Source: Piedraia hortae CBS 480.64
Lineage: Eukaryota
Assembly: GCA_010093745.1 (NCBI GenBank)
Contig: MU005994.1
Span: 124,001 to 167,069, forward strand
DNA length: 43,069 bases
Direction: 5' to 3'
A program made the translations under genes and the position numbers. The notes under the pieces were generated by a model. It was not told where the DNA came from. It made no database searches and saw nothing but the letters and a program-made list of their open reading frames with translations. Shown here piece by piece: positions 10,367-22,977 of this stretch; the first letter of the stretch is position 1, and every line of letters begins with the position of its first letter.

Positions 10367-12851
10367 ATGCAATACGTTCGTTCTATTTCGTCGTCTGTTT
10401 CATCCACTTGGAATTCCATTAATCCGGCCACCCTTTCTGGAGCCATTGATGTTATTGTTGTCGAACAAGAAGACAGTTCGCTTGCCTGTAGCCCGTTCCA
10501 CATTCGATTTGGTAAGTTCCAGTTGTTGCGGCCATTTGAGAAGAAGGTTGTATTCAACGTCAATGGCCGGAAGATCGATTATCCCATGAAACTGGGCGAA
10601 GGAGGAGAGGCATTCTTTGTGTTCGAAACCAAAGAGAATGTTCCCGCTGGCCTCAGAACGAGCCCCCCTACATCTCCCATGGCAAGCCCCCAGCTGCAGC
10701 CAACGACGGATCTGACTGGTGCGGATCCGCTGGAACCGCCGACAAACTTGCCGGAACTTAGCCTGGAAGAGGTTGGGGAAAGGTCGCAGCATCGGCACAG
10801 TACCAGTGAAGACGCGCCGCGGCCGAGCACCGGTCCCGGTAATGTCCATAGTAGCATGACTGGCTTGGCGTCGTCCGACCACGAAGAGGTGAAATCGGAA
10901 TGGAAGAAGCTGCCTTTGGCCCTCCATCGAATCCCTACTGATTCCATGCTTCCGGCGGCAAAGGCTGGCCTATCGCGGTCGCATGACGGTGGCCACGACA
11001 CTGAAATACAGGACGACCAACCATTACGAAACCGGTCGGAAGATATGGGTTTCCGCCACAATGCCAAGTTAAGGGCGATGAACCTTTCAAGAAAGCTGTG
11101 GGCGAGCAACATCCCGAACCAGGTAAATGATTCTGGCGATCTAATGCTTGACACAGCTGGCTCAACATCGTCCGAAGGTGAAGCTTTACAGGCCGAGATG
11201 GTTGCGAGGCAACTTCTCAGCGATGAGATTGACGGACCGTACGATATCGGAGCATTGATTGGGGCAGATGAGAAGGGCAACATTTGGATATATTCTTCAG
11301 AGGAAGCCAAAGAGGCGGCTACAATGAAGGCTACTGCTGCAAACCCAATGGGATCGTTTCATCCAGGAGCCTTTGCGTCGTCCGACGCCATCTCAGATCC
11401 TGGCTATCACAGTGATGACGGCGGCAGCGAGACGACGGAGTATCAACCATCGTACAATGCACGAGACTCTGACTCTGCGGTTGGATTAGCCTCCCAACCA
11501 AATTCCCCTGGCAGCGAGGGCAAGCCACTTCCAGCTCATCATGGTGACCCCAATAAGAACTACGCCAAAACGTTGCGGTTGACGTCTGAGCAGCTGCGGA
11601 GCATGGAACTGCAGCCGGGTGCGAATCCAATGAGCTTCACTGTGAACAAGGCCACCGTCCATGCCAATCTCTGGTACTGGCACCATTCAGTGCCGATTGT
11701 TATTAGTGATATCGACGGAACAATTACAAAGTCTGATGTTCTGGGACACGTATTTGGCCGCATTGGTCGTGACTGGACACACCAAGGAGTGGCAAAGCTG
11801 TTTTCCGACATCTCTGTAAATGGATACAACTTTCTCTATCTCACATCACGTTCCGTCGGGCTGGCGGATACGACAAGGACATATCTCGATGGTGTCGTCC
11901 AGGATGGGTATCGGTTACCAAAGGGCCCGGTTATCTTGAGTCCAGATCGCACCATTGCAGCCCTCAGACGAGAAATTTACCTTCGGAAACCCGAGATTTT
12001 CAAGATGGCCTGTTTGCGGGACATCATGGCCTTGTTCGTAGGACACGGAGGGACGTTGGATACGCACAGTTCGGTCGAGGCGGGCCTGCATGCAAAACCT
12101 CATTGCACAAACGTGTCGACCATAAACAAGAGCACTAAAGGAAGCCCGTTTTATGCCGGGTTCGGCAACAGACTGACTGACGCTCTATCGTACCGCAGCG
12201 TTAACATTCCATCGACGAGAATTTTTACCATCAACACAAACTCCGAAGTCAGCATGGACTTGCTGAGTCTGAACACGTATAAGATGGCGTATGGTAGCAT
12301 GCGGGAGATTGTCGATCACTACTTTCCGCCAGTTGGTAAGTTTCAAGAAATCTGGTATGAATATACCTAACAGAACAGACCTCCTAGTCAAAGGCGGCGG
12401 AGAGGAATTCACAGACTTCAACTACTGGCGCGACCAGCCATTAGATGTGGCAGAATTTACCGATTCCGAGTCCGAATCAGAAGACGGTCTGGCGATGAAC
12501 CGCATCAATACGGGGGCGACAAAGGAGAGCATCATGAGCGAAGATGAAGCCGGAGACGGCGATAACATGCTCGATTCTTACCTCTCTGAGGCTCGCCTAA
12601 GCTTGGATGATGCCAACACTCCAGAACATACCGAAAACCACGGCAAAGCCGCCAGTTACCACGCGTTGAAAGGCCCCGTAACACCAGCTGATGAAGAGGA
12701 CAATCAGTTGGAATATGAAACAACTCCCCGGCCGTCTGACTACGGGAGTATTCCCCGACCGGATCAGAGTCTTCCGCCGAGAGAAGACGTCAGCCGCGGC
12801 GGTGTCAAGCGTATGACAGCCGGGTTGGGTCTAACCCATGACAAAGCGTAA
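10367..12851 (+). CDS. PAH1: phosphatidate phosphatase, lipin/Ned1/Smp2 family; exons 10367-12335, 12379-12851
   Basis: N-LIP (WNSINPATLSGAIDVIVVEQ…CSPFHIRFGKF) and C-LIP with catalytic SDIDGTITKSD and FYAGFGNR. A 43-nt intron GTAAGT…CTAAC…CAG (12336-12378) joins FPPV-D-LLVKGGGEEFTDFNYWR. Confidence 0.96.
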
Positions 12852-12998
12852 GTGATGGAATAATGTGCTTGTATGTATCATGTAATGAATAACGCGCGAC
12901 CTCACTTTGGCGAATGAACCTCATGAAATCCGTGTTCCGATTCAAGCAGCATCCATACACCTGACTGAGACTGCAAACCGACGACTGGGTCGCACAGA

Positions 12999-13588
12999 AT
13001 GGCAAAAACTTTGAACCCGTCAAAATCTCCCCTGCCGTTAACAGCATCGCAAGAAGCCCAAGTGCAGGAAATATACCACAAACGCGTAAGGGCGAAATGC
13101 GCAGATGAAGTTCGCGGTATGTAATCTCGTCTATTCAATCAACTGGAGGTAGTGTGGGGCGCGTTTCGCGAACATCGTCCACCGCATCTCCGCTGGAGGT
13201 TCCCTATTCTCCTCCCCAAGCAAAGCAACCCTGAGAGTCCAATCCCGAGCCCTCCTATCTATTCCCTTCCCAGTCCAAACCTCCCAACCCCCACCCCTAA
13301 ACACCCCCCGACTCAACGTGACTAACCCCCATAGACTTCGCACTGTGCTGCAAAGCGCACAATTTCACCGCAACAGTCGTCTGTCGAAGCGCACAGCGCG
13401 TCATGAACGCGTGCATGCAGCAATTTGCCACACTTGAAGAACTCGACGCCGCAAGGAAGGAGTGGTTTGAACGGATACCTGAACGACAGAAGGAGAGGGA
13501 ATTAAAAGAGGCAAAGAGAAAGGAGCAGGAGAAGTTTCATAAGGATTGGTGGGATAGGGAGAGGGAGTGGAAGAAGGGTAGGGAATAG
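12999..13588 (+). CDS. CMC1: COX assembly mitochondrial protein, twin CX9C; exons 12999-13116, 13335-13588
   Basis: Spliced product MAKTLNPSKSPLPLTASQEAQVQEIYHKRVRAKCADEVRDFALCCKAHNFTATVVCRSAQRVMNACMQQFATLEELDAARKEWF… contains two CX9C motifs. Intron GTATGT…CTAAC…TAG at 13117-13334 (218 nt). The ORF track misses exon 1. Confidence 0.88.
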
Positions 13589-15607
13589 CCCTGCTGGGGA
13601 GGGGAAAGGGGAATTGCTTTGAGGGTTGAGGATGGGTAGGGATGTATAAATATGGGTCGGTGTATGTTACAGGTTCGGATGGGAGGGTTGTCGATTGTAG
13701 AGTGGCATGAGGCTCGAGATTCTTCTAAAATATGAGATGAGTCTTCTCGTACCAATTGAATGGAAGAGATACGGCGCTAGACTGCGAACGTTGTTGCTAC
13801 ACTAAGCCCGCGCCAAGCCTCCCCGCATGCATAAATTTTGAAACTTATGTTGCGGACGGCTATAGCGTGACAAATCTAACGGCTGTGAGATAGCGAAATC
13901 GGCTACCTTGCTGGACAAGTTCATGAGAAGTGATGGATTGGCCCAAGTTCCGCAAAGTTAGGGTGTCTTCATCCACACATATGATCTGAGAAGAAGCTCG
14001 GTCAATTGGAAACTGGAGTATTGAGTATCCATGACTTCCAGCGAGCTCGATAACGAAGTCAATCGCATTCTGCCTATTACGCAGAGATCGGTAGTGAGGA
14101 AGTCAAGGATTCACGAGCCACCGAAGCCGTTGACGAGTAATGACAGCGAAGGACAGGTATCGGCGACGGATGCGAACCTCGATTTTTCACGCAATACAAG
14201 GTGGAGGATCCGCATCATCAGAGCGGTCCTTCGTAAGGAAATCATGCAAGACGGGCAAATCTGCCTGACTTAGACGTTGATGTCGACGTCAACAGCTGTC
14301 CTGCCTCCAAAAAAAAAATCCTCCAATTACAAGATTGTCAGAACGACTACCCGACGACAGAAAATGGGGATCGACTCAACCGAGACCAGAGAGCACTTAC
14401 CTAAAGGACTACTGGCCGGAGAATATATCCAACAGCGAAGCTAAAACCCCCGAGGAGGGAAGCAGCAAAAACATATTGTTCCTCAGCAAAGGAATGCTGT
14501 CTGGGGAAGGCGGACACCAGTTACTTCCCACCCTGTGAACCATGTAAGTCCATCTACAGACAGCGATGGTCCCATACAGTAGGTGGCCACAACGAGTGGC
14601 ATTAGAAATGAGCGGCGATTTTCAGCGAATGGCGCTGTGGGTTCATGAATGTTGTCCCGACTGGGTTGAGGTCCTCGTCAAACCCACTAAAGCCAGCAGT
14701 AAAAATATGCTCGCTGTTCTAATAAGCAGCGGCACCTCACAGGTGTGTCCTTATATACACGTATCTAGAGCTACACAAAAAAACTTCCGAGTACTCGAAC
14801 CCTGGTCAGGGATGTGGGTCATCGCCTGCGGATCACTCCGCGGCGATCTGCACGACTCGTTTCCCATTCTCAGTGGAATTTTCACGATCATTGTGTTGCT
14901 GAGAGATCTTTTCCTCCTTTCTCTAGAGATATGGGCAATCGAAGAGACCACAAGTCTCGCGGGGTCCCCTGCAGCAGAGTCAGCAAGCATAAACCCTATG
15001 CAGGAAAAGCCACTCTAAGCTCGCCGGCTCAACTAAGAGTCCAAGCTATAACATCTATTGGACCCTGCGACAAATTTTGATGCTCCTCGAGCAATCAGCC
15101 AGCCCGATCGAGGCCATCAAGCGACTCCAGACCCCTGTTGATACTACCAAGTTACGGGCAAAAGGCCAACTTCCATTGCTTGACCCCCATAATCAAATGT
15201 ATACATCGGTTCTGGGCAAAACAGTATCCCCCAGTCCCCAAAGAGGACCTCTAATTGTTTCAACCTGGTGCAGCTGTTCAAGAGGATCCTCTCATCACAC
15301 CTCCGTTTGAACCGCGGACTGGCGATGTTTCAGGCCTCTCCTTAGAGAATATCGGCACAGATTGCTATCGGGATGGTCCTTTTGAGTGCTATGTAAGAGC
15401 TACGTAGTAAAATCTTTGATGATTTCAAGTACTAGTTATTTTCGCTAGCTGTAGGGCATTCGAGTCCCAAATGAAGAACTTTCTCTATCCATTGCGCCTG
15501 GGTATATTCAAGCGGCTCCATGTTTTCATGACTAGTACTGCTGAACATTACAGAACGACCTCTCTAGATCTCCGGGCCTTTTGATGTATTTCCGACTACC
15601 TCTATCT

Positions 15608-16630
15608 TCAATTATACCCCAACAGTATGGTCCCGTCACTACTTGCGCTAACCACCGCGTTGCCGCTGCATCTTACATCGTTCACGCTGCCCTTGTGCCC
15701 AGGGAGCTTTTGTACCATCTTCCCCTGGCGGACCTCCCATACCGTGACGGTCCCATCGCCACCGCCAGCTGCTATCTTGTTTCCCTCACTATCCGCCCAG
15801 CAGGCACGGAAGAGGTTCTTCTCTAGCCCTGCCGGTGCCCCGTCGAAGACACGTATTTGTCTGTTCGCCGGCGCAAATGGCCGCACGTCCCACGTGCGTG
15901 CCGTGCTGTCGTGGCTATATGAAAGTAGACTCTGACCGTCTGGTGATACGGCTAGCGAGGTCACTGTATCCGCATGTCCGGCCAGTGTGTAGGCAACTCG
16001 TTGCATGCGTATATCCCAGACTTTCACCACATTATCGATGCCACCGCTGTACAGTTCATGGCCGGCTTCTGCGAGAGCAACGGCCGTGACCGGAAAATCG
16101 GTGTCGATGTTTTCTACTGCAATCTTCTGCCGAGGATCCCATAGACATAGGTATCCATCGTCTGAGCCCGAGACCAGAAACTCCTCGCCGCGTTTGGCCA
16201 CGTCGACGCAATTGACGACTTCGGTGTGGCCCGCATGCTGCCGAATGCGCTGTCCCGTACCTGCGTCCCAATTCGCGATGTGCGTATCGGCGGAGGCGGA
16301 GTATAAAATCTGTCCGTCGCGCGACCATTGCAGATCCAGTACAGCACCTTTGTGGCCTCGCAAAACGCCGTAATTGGAACACTCGCCGCTCGCATGCCAG
16401 AGAAACACATCACGGTCCATTGCTCCAGATGCGATCTGCTCCCCAGATGGGCTGAACCGCGCACAAAACACCTCCCCTTCATGGCCGTTCAGCTCCATTA
16501 CAGGCGCCTTGGGCCCTTTGCTTTGATGTACCAACGCATGTTGGCCGTTGAGATGGGCTTCTGATCTTTGTCTTTTGACAACCTGTGTGCTGGAAAAAGA
16601 GCTCGAAGCGGCTCGCTTCTCTCGCGACAT
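15608..16630 (-). CDS. SNRNP40: WD40 protein, U5 snRNP 40 kDa subunit (Spf38/Cwf17 homologue)
   Basis: Intronless 340-aa ORF with 7 WD repeats and the family motifs APVMELNGHEGEVF, GHKGAVLDLQWSRDG, WDVRPFAP, GLEKNLFRACW, KLPGHKGSVNDV. Confidence 0.92.
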   Translation of the reverse strand: MSREKRAASSSFSSTQVVKRQRSEAHLNGQHALVHQSKGPKAPVMELNGHEGEVFCARFSPSGEQIASGAMDRDVFLWHASGECSNYGVLRGHKGAVLDLQWSRDGQILYSASADTHIANWDAGTGQRIRQHAGHTEVVNCVDVAKRGEEFLVSGSDDGYLCLWDPRQKIAVENIDTDFPVTAVALAEAGHELYSGGIDNVVKVWDIRMQRVAYTLAGHADTVTSLAVSPDGQSLLSYSHDSTARTWDVRPFAPANRQIRVFDGAPAGLEKNLFRACWADSEGNKIAAGGGDGTVTVWEVRQGKMVQKLPGHKGSVNDVRCSGNAVVSASSDGTILLGYN

Positions 16631-16783
16631 GGTTGTTCGGTTGTTTGCTTTCTGGTTCTTGTTTCCTGGCCTGTCCTGTCAAGACGGAAGGGCCGGGCCG
16701 ACCCACCTGACCGGGATCTCCCCACACTCCTGACTCGCCCACTCCAGATCTGGGGACGACGTTTGTGGGGTAATGCGATGAAC

Positions 16784-17521
16784 ATGGCCTCGAGCAAGGC
16801 GGCGCGTATGGGAGAAAAGTGAGTTGACAAGCTAATGACCGAACTAAGCTAACCCGGCAGTGTGTGGAAGTAAGCAGCAACCCATGGATTCACTGCAGCA
16901 ATCCTGACAAACAGAAACCACATGGAAAAGATCAACGCCGAAGTCGTCACGCTGACTTACGGCACCATTGTTGCACAGCTCTGTCGTGACCTCACCCTAC
17001 CGAATACGGCAGCAGAGACAGACTATGCAGCCGTCAATGCGGAACTGGATCGCATGGGCTACCAGATTGGCCTGCGTCTGATCGAAGATTTCCTGGCCAA
17101 GAGCAGCATCGGCGCGTGCACAACTTTTCGCGAGACTGCAGAGATAATCAGCAAGGTCGGCTTCAAGGCCTTTCTAAACATCACGCCCGAAGTGCGCAAC
17201 TGGGATAAGGAGGGCCGCAGCTTTCATTTATCCTTTGACGAGAACCCGCTCGCCGACTTTGTCGAGCTACCCGACGACGGCCGTGCCCAGGACGAGCTGT
17301 GGTACAGCAACATCCTTTGTGGTGTCATCAGAGGCGCTCTGGAGATGGTAAGTGTCTGCAATCTTCGGCTAATTATTTTCTTTATTAAACACACAATGCA
17401 GGTACAGATGCAGGTCGACACTCGCTTCGTTAGCGATGTCCTGCGCGGACACGACGCGACTGAAATGCGCGTGGCCCTGGTGCGCATCATCGAGGACGAG
17501 CTGCCGGTCGAGGACGATTAA
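16784..17521 (+). CDS. BET3: TRAPP complex subunit Bet3; exons 16784-16818, 16861-16869, 16915-17347, 17402-17521
   Basis: Spliced start MASSKAARMGEN-VWK-NHMEKINAEVVTLTYG; motifs MGYQIGLRLIEDFLAKS, ENPLADFVELP, LWYSNILCGVIRGALEMVQ, DVLRG. Introns 16819-16860, 16870-16914 and 17348-17401 are all GT..AG. Confidence 0.95.
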
Positions 17522-18000
17522 CTACATATTCAATAGACGATTGTGGAAACGTGTTTGTGTGGCCGGCCGCCGACGCAGATGGTTGTGGGTGATTGGTTTT
17601 GCGGCCCGGACCGGACCGATGTTCCCTGTGTGCCTCAACGTTTTTTTTTTTGACAAGGGGCCTGTCGGTTGCTTGGTCAAGTCTACCAAGTCTGGAGAGA
17701 TTGGTAACCTTCTGGACGTCACCCTTGCTCCACGTGGACAGAATTTAATGGGCCTGATACGAAGTCTGTAGAGGCTGGACGTTGCAACAAATTCAACCGC
17801 GCTGCTTCCACAGTGTGCAAGCCATGTCTTGGCGCGTTTGAACCCTGACCGCCCCCGTGACCCGTGCGCTCCCCACTTTCCGCCTTCACAAACCTCCGTC
17901 CACCCCACGATCCCGCCAAGCGACTCCGCTCCGCCCAGGCCGCCTGTTCCCTTCGCCCATCCGCTTCGTCTGTGGTCGCATCCGGTGTCTTTCCGGCGCC

Positions 18001-20117
18001 ATGAGCCACGTGCAAAAAATGTTGGGTGCGCCGCGCGACATGAACCACCCGATCGGCCTCGATGCCGTCAAACGGCTTAATACGGCCATCTACGACCATC
18101 TGCTACACCTCAAATTATTTAATGTCGCGCGCGAGTTCATCAACAGCGGCATCGACGTCGACGTCGACCAGAAGAAGTCGTCACCGCGCAAGGGCACTGC
18201 CAACGGCGAAATCGACGCCAACCCGCGGCCAGACGACCTGCCCGAACCGGTCCAACTCGGCGACGGGCCGTTTCTGCAAGACTGGTGGTGCCAGTTTTGG
18301 GAGATGTACCAAGCCCAGCGTGCTCCCAACCGCACCAACCCGAATATGCTGTCGTACATCAGCGCCCAACGCCGAATGCAGAAGCAGCGTCAATTGCTGA
18401 CAGGCCCGCCGCCCGGTATCCAACACATGTACAGCCCCGCCGCCGTACCGATGGGTCAACCCATGACCATGGCCGACGTGAAGCCGGTACCGGCGCGCGA
18501 CCTGTAGGTGCCACCGATGCCGCCCATATCTAAACTGACGACCGCAGCATGCCCTATCAGGCTCAGATACAACGCGCACGCGCTGGTGCGGCCGCCGCTA
18601 CGGCCATGGAGCGTCAAGGCTCACAAATGGACGCACGACCGCGGTCCGGTTCCCCTGCCGGTGATGCGCCGTCGCCCAAGCGCCAACGTTTGGAGGGCGT
18701 TATGCAGCGCGCCGGTTCGGGCGGCCGCGCACCAAACGGCCAGGTGAGTGTCTTTCCATGCTCCTCTACTCTCCGTACTGACGACCAGATGCGCACCTCC
18801 GTACCGGGCTCTCAGGGCTCGCCAATGGCGCCTGGTGGCGACGCCAGCGACTTCTACTCGGCCAACAGCGCGCGTCAGTTTCCGACCCATGTTAGCGGCA
18901 ATCATGCGCTGATGGATTATCAAGTACAGCTCATGCTACTGGAACGGCAGAACAAGAAACGACTGCTGATGGCGCGGCAGGATTATGAGCCGGGCGCCAA
19001 CGGCCACTTCGCGTCTGGCAGTCCCAGTTCACACGGTGCGCCCAGTCCCGTGCCGGCTGACATGTCGCGACATACACCGCAGCTGGTCAAGCCGGGTACG
19101 TCGCCCAGCGCGGCGGACTTGGGTCCGCGCACGTCGCCGCTACCCGTCGACCGCCGCATACAGCTGCCGCCTAACATGCGACCACATTCGGGCATGCCGG
19201 CAGGCCTCACTCCCGAGCAGGTCGCCATGTACCAGCGCCATCAGAGCATGAACTGGCAAGCGTCGCAATCAGCCCCGCCCACCATTATGCCCCAACAGTC
19301 TGTCGCCCCGCCTACAATCACCCCAAGACCAAACAACATGCCACCGCCGCCGCCACCCGGTCAGCACCATGCCATGCAGCCCGGTAGTCCTGCTCAACCG
19401 GCGCCCAAGGCAACAAAGAACGGGGGCAAAAAGAACGACGGCAAAAAGGTCAGTATATCTACGAAAAGAAAGCGCAAAACTCACATCACACAGCCACCGA
19501 TCAGCAGAAAATCAACGGCCAATGCGTCGGACTCCGAACTCCCTACGCATACGCCTCCGACCCCCATAACCCCAATGCACCAGCAAACAGCCTTTCAGCA
19601 GAACAAGCAGGCCGCTAACGGGCAGCCTCAACCTCAGCAACTGGGCGGAGCTCCTCGGACCCAATCTCAACCCTCTCAACCCTCGCAACATCAGCAGTCA
19701 CAACAGATTCATCCTCAAGCACAGAACCAACCACAGCCAGCAAGTCAGCAATCCCAACAGCAGCAGCAACAGCTGCAACCGCAACAACAGCCGCAACCAC
19801 AACCACAACCGCAGCAGCAACAACAACCGCAGCCACAGCCACAGCAACAGCAGCAGCAGCAGCAGCAGCCCCAACAATCACACCAACAGCAAGCGGCGGC
19901 AGCAGCAGCAGCAGGAACAATGGATTTCGGCTTCATGGACACAAGTCAGTTTGACAGCATAGACTTTCCCACCCTCCACGAAGATGATCCCCTCGACAAC
20001 TTCAACTTTGACACCTTCCTCACCGAGGGGGACACCGAAGGCCTGTCGTTTGATGCGAACTTTGCATTTGGAGATGCCGCGGGCCTCGACAATGGGATGC
20101 TAGATTTAGAAAATTGA
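18001..20117 (+). CDS. SOM1: LisH/LUFS transcriptional regulator Som1/SomA (Flo8 family); introns 18504-18547, 18744-18788, 19449-19493
   Basis: LisH RLNTAIYDHLL…AREF followed by FLQDWWCQFWEMY; SPKRQRL NLS; NHALMDYQVQLMLLERQNKKRLLMARQ; PTHTPPTPITPMH; poly-Q; acidic LDNFNFDTFL tail. Three short GT..AG introns with branch points. Confidence 0.88.
19680..19915 (+). repeat. CAG/CAA/CCR low-complexity poly-Q/QP and poly-A coding tract within SOM1
   Basis: Runs of cagcagcaa / ccgcaaccacaa / gcggcagca encode Q-rich, QP and A7 repeats. Confidence 0.85.
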
Positions 20118-22069
20118 AAAGCCCAAGCTGGACTGTGGCTTTTGGTTTTTCTTGGTTTGTAAGCGTTTGGTTTTGTTAGCGCTCCTGAGAGGGTGTTGTT
20201 TATTAGCTGGATATGGTGGATAGTGAGAGTGTATGTAGGTACGTATGGTAGTCTTAACTTGAGGAGGTTTTCGAGATGGACTGTACAAGTCTGCTGTCTT
20301 GCGGTGCGTTGATAACTGAACTCTGTCACAATCACCGCTCAGTGGACGGATTTTCTCGTAGGGACGATGAGCATGTGATAAGAACGAGTTTGTCGAAAGC
20401 GCTTGATTCATCAAATTAGTTGTTTGAACAAACCCTATCGGAAAGAGCTATTTTGACCGTAAACACATTTTCAAACCGCCATATCTTGTTTTGAGAAATG
20501 GAAGAAGATCGTCACAAAAACCAATCCACCGTCAAAATTCCATAGAGAATATCATAATTCAGCCGGAATGCCGTATCCAATCCGTACTAAAGCAAAACGT
20601 CATAATCGTAGCGAAAACTTGCCATTCAAAGATAAGTGGGCTTCCCTGAATCCCCGGTCGCGCGGAATTCGATGCCGATGCGATAGACGACTTGAGAAAC
20701 ATCGAGTATCGGTTTACCGCGAAGCTCTCGTGGCTGGGAGTGTCGAGTGCAATCGAATAGGTTTGATAAGCCCTCTTGCAGAGTAGGTATTGCAAGACGT
20801 AGGTTTTCCATCCAAAAACAAAAGATCCCAAGCGCTTCCATCCAACGCGCTCTTCGAGCCCAAAATCAGGTAGATGCAGCGCACTGGGGAAAGCAGGAAG
20901 AATGCGACAAGGCAGATCAGTCAACGCATTCACGCACCCAGTCGAATCCCCTTCGGCAGCCCACGAAATATTTTCGGTAATTCTTCGGTCAGGCCTGGAG
21001 GTCTCCATGATCCCCTCTAGACGTGACCCTAGATAGATCGTTAGCTTGGATGCTCAAGGAAGATAATTGATCAACAAGTCGACGGGTCATATGGACCTTT
21101 GAAGTGGTCAATGGTTGAACGGCTTGGTGATCATGACCTTCGCATAAGTCAACTGAACACTCACGTTGACTCCGTCAACGTGGCCTGACGCAAACACACC
21201 GTCTTCAAAGGCTCCAGGACAGATGGGCTCCGCACGGCCGAGGACCCTGTGCGAGCTTTAGCACGCGCAGGGAGGTGGACGTACACTCCACAGAAGCGTG
21301 TCATCGTGTCTGCTTACGAATGCCTGTCTATGTTATATTAGCGAAAAGAGCCATGGCAGATAAGAGTGGTGGTAATGGATAGTTGAGTAAAAGGGCCTTG
21401 TGAAAGGAGGAAGTCATAAATGAGGCGTTGGAGGCAGAGTATTGGCCTAGGCAGTGATACTTGACAAAGCTGATGGGGGAGGAAGATGAGGAGGTGATGG
21501 AGATGATGAAGGCGGTAGATATGACGGAGGTGGAAGGTATCTTGGTCGGTTGCACTCCCATGGCTGGTAACCTGGTTACCGGTCTTGGTGGTATTGGCTT
21601 GAAGTTGTCGTTTGAGCCTTCATTGGAAGTTTATGTAAGGAAGAAAGAGAAAGAACGAGAGAGAGCTTTATTTATCTCAACCCGGGTGGGGACAATTACG
21701 TGTTAATTGCTAGTTCGTCTTATCCGCAGTAGCGTTGAGACGCATGGGTGACTAACACATCACAAAAGATCACTCCTGTGCTTTCGCCCAGACGCATGTC
21801 TTCGATACCGGCGTGGGGATATCTTCAAAGCATTGCTCAGAGGCTCAGGGCTTGTGAAAATGTTTGCAAGGCCTCTCGCCAACATGACATTGCTATGGAG
21901 GTGTGAACCACTCAGCAAGAATCTCTTTCCATAGATATTTACTGAAGTCTTGTAGACATCCCACTCGATGAAGAGTAGATAATAGGAGTGGAGGGGACAA
22001 AAATTTTACCTGTTCCCGGCAACAGCCGGAGATGGAATCTAAGACGTGAAGTCTGGACGAAAAGGTGTG

Positions 22070-22840
22070 TGTAACTGTGTATGTCTCTACGTGCTGAGAG
22101 CTAACAACGTCCTCCATAGACCCGCAGTTGGCTAGACCGCATTTGCCGAGACCACGCGATGATGTGACCTCATCACGGGGGAAACTCCTCTATGAGGCAG
22201 AAAACCCTGTGAGGCCTCGGACGTACTATCTACCACCGATATACCTCATCTGATACAGGGCTCACCGTGCTAGAATCTTGCTCGCAACAGCTAACATTGG
22301 CATAGTACTCATAGACCCACAAAGGAACCAGATAGCTCTTTAAATTAATTCATTAAATATCCCACTCGACCAGATAGGCATCGACTCGTCCATGAAATTT
22401 TAGTCTGGTTTTCAATGGCCAGTAAATGCGCACAAGATCGTAGTGCAGACAGTGAGGGAGTGTTGTTCTCTTTGTTGTTTGTTGTTTACGTTTTCCATAT
22501 GGCCTTGGACCGGGTGTATCGACACGTTTCCTCGCGTGGGCGCTTTCTCCACTGGTCCCTGATGTAGGCAAACTCTATGAGTGAGTTTCGGCTCGAGTCA
22601 GTTGGCATGGCCCCTGTCAGAAGGATGTGGCACCCACCATGACCAGAACTATAGATAGAAATCGAAACTTCTCAGGGTTTTTACCTCTATAGAGGAAGTT
22701 TCCCCTGAGACGGGTCATTGTCTCATTCATGCTTAAGGGCATGGTTCGCTGACGTTGTCCCGGCCAATGCGGTTAGACTGAGGTAATGTGGAGAAGGTTT
22801 CGAACCTCACCTCACATGGAGATAGACATCTACATTCACC
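22070..22840. mobile_element. degenerate inverted-repeat-bounded (MITE/TIR-like) element
   Basis: 22136-22156 ACCGCATTTGCCGAGACCACG matches the reverse complement of 22753-22773 at 18/21. 22177-22214 GGGGGAAACTCCTCTATGAGGCAGAAAACCCTGTGAGG resembles the reverse complement of 22668-22705, GGGGAAACTTCCTCTATAGAGGTAAAAACCCTGAGAAG. No transposase ORF inside; outer ends approximate. Confidence 0.5.
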
Positions 22841-22977
22841 TTTTGGTCAAAGTTGAATGCACATATTGTCTTTGATCTAAGTTCCGCTTTAGTCCTCGGA
22901 GGTTCATCCCTCCGACAAAGTGCGTGTGAGGAACTTGAAGTAAGCAGTGCCTGAGAGGTCATGGGAGTATGAGCTAC

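Noticed and set aside
19615..19942. Cys-rich and Ala/Val-rich minus-strand ORFs (metallothionein-like look)
   Set aside because: Antisense shadow of the SOM1 poly-Q tract.
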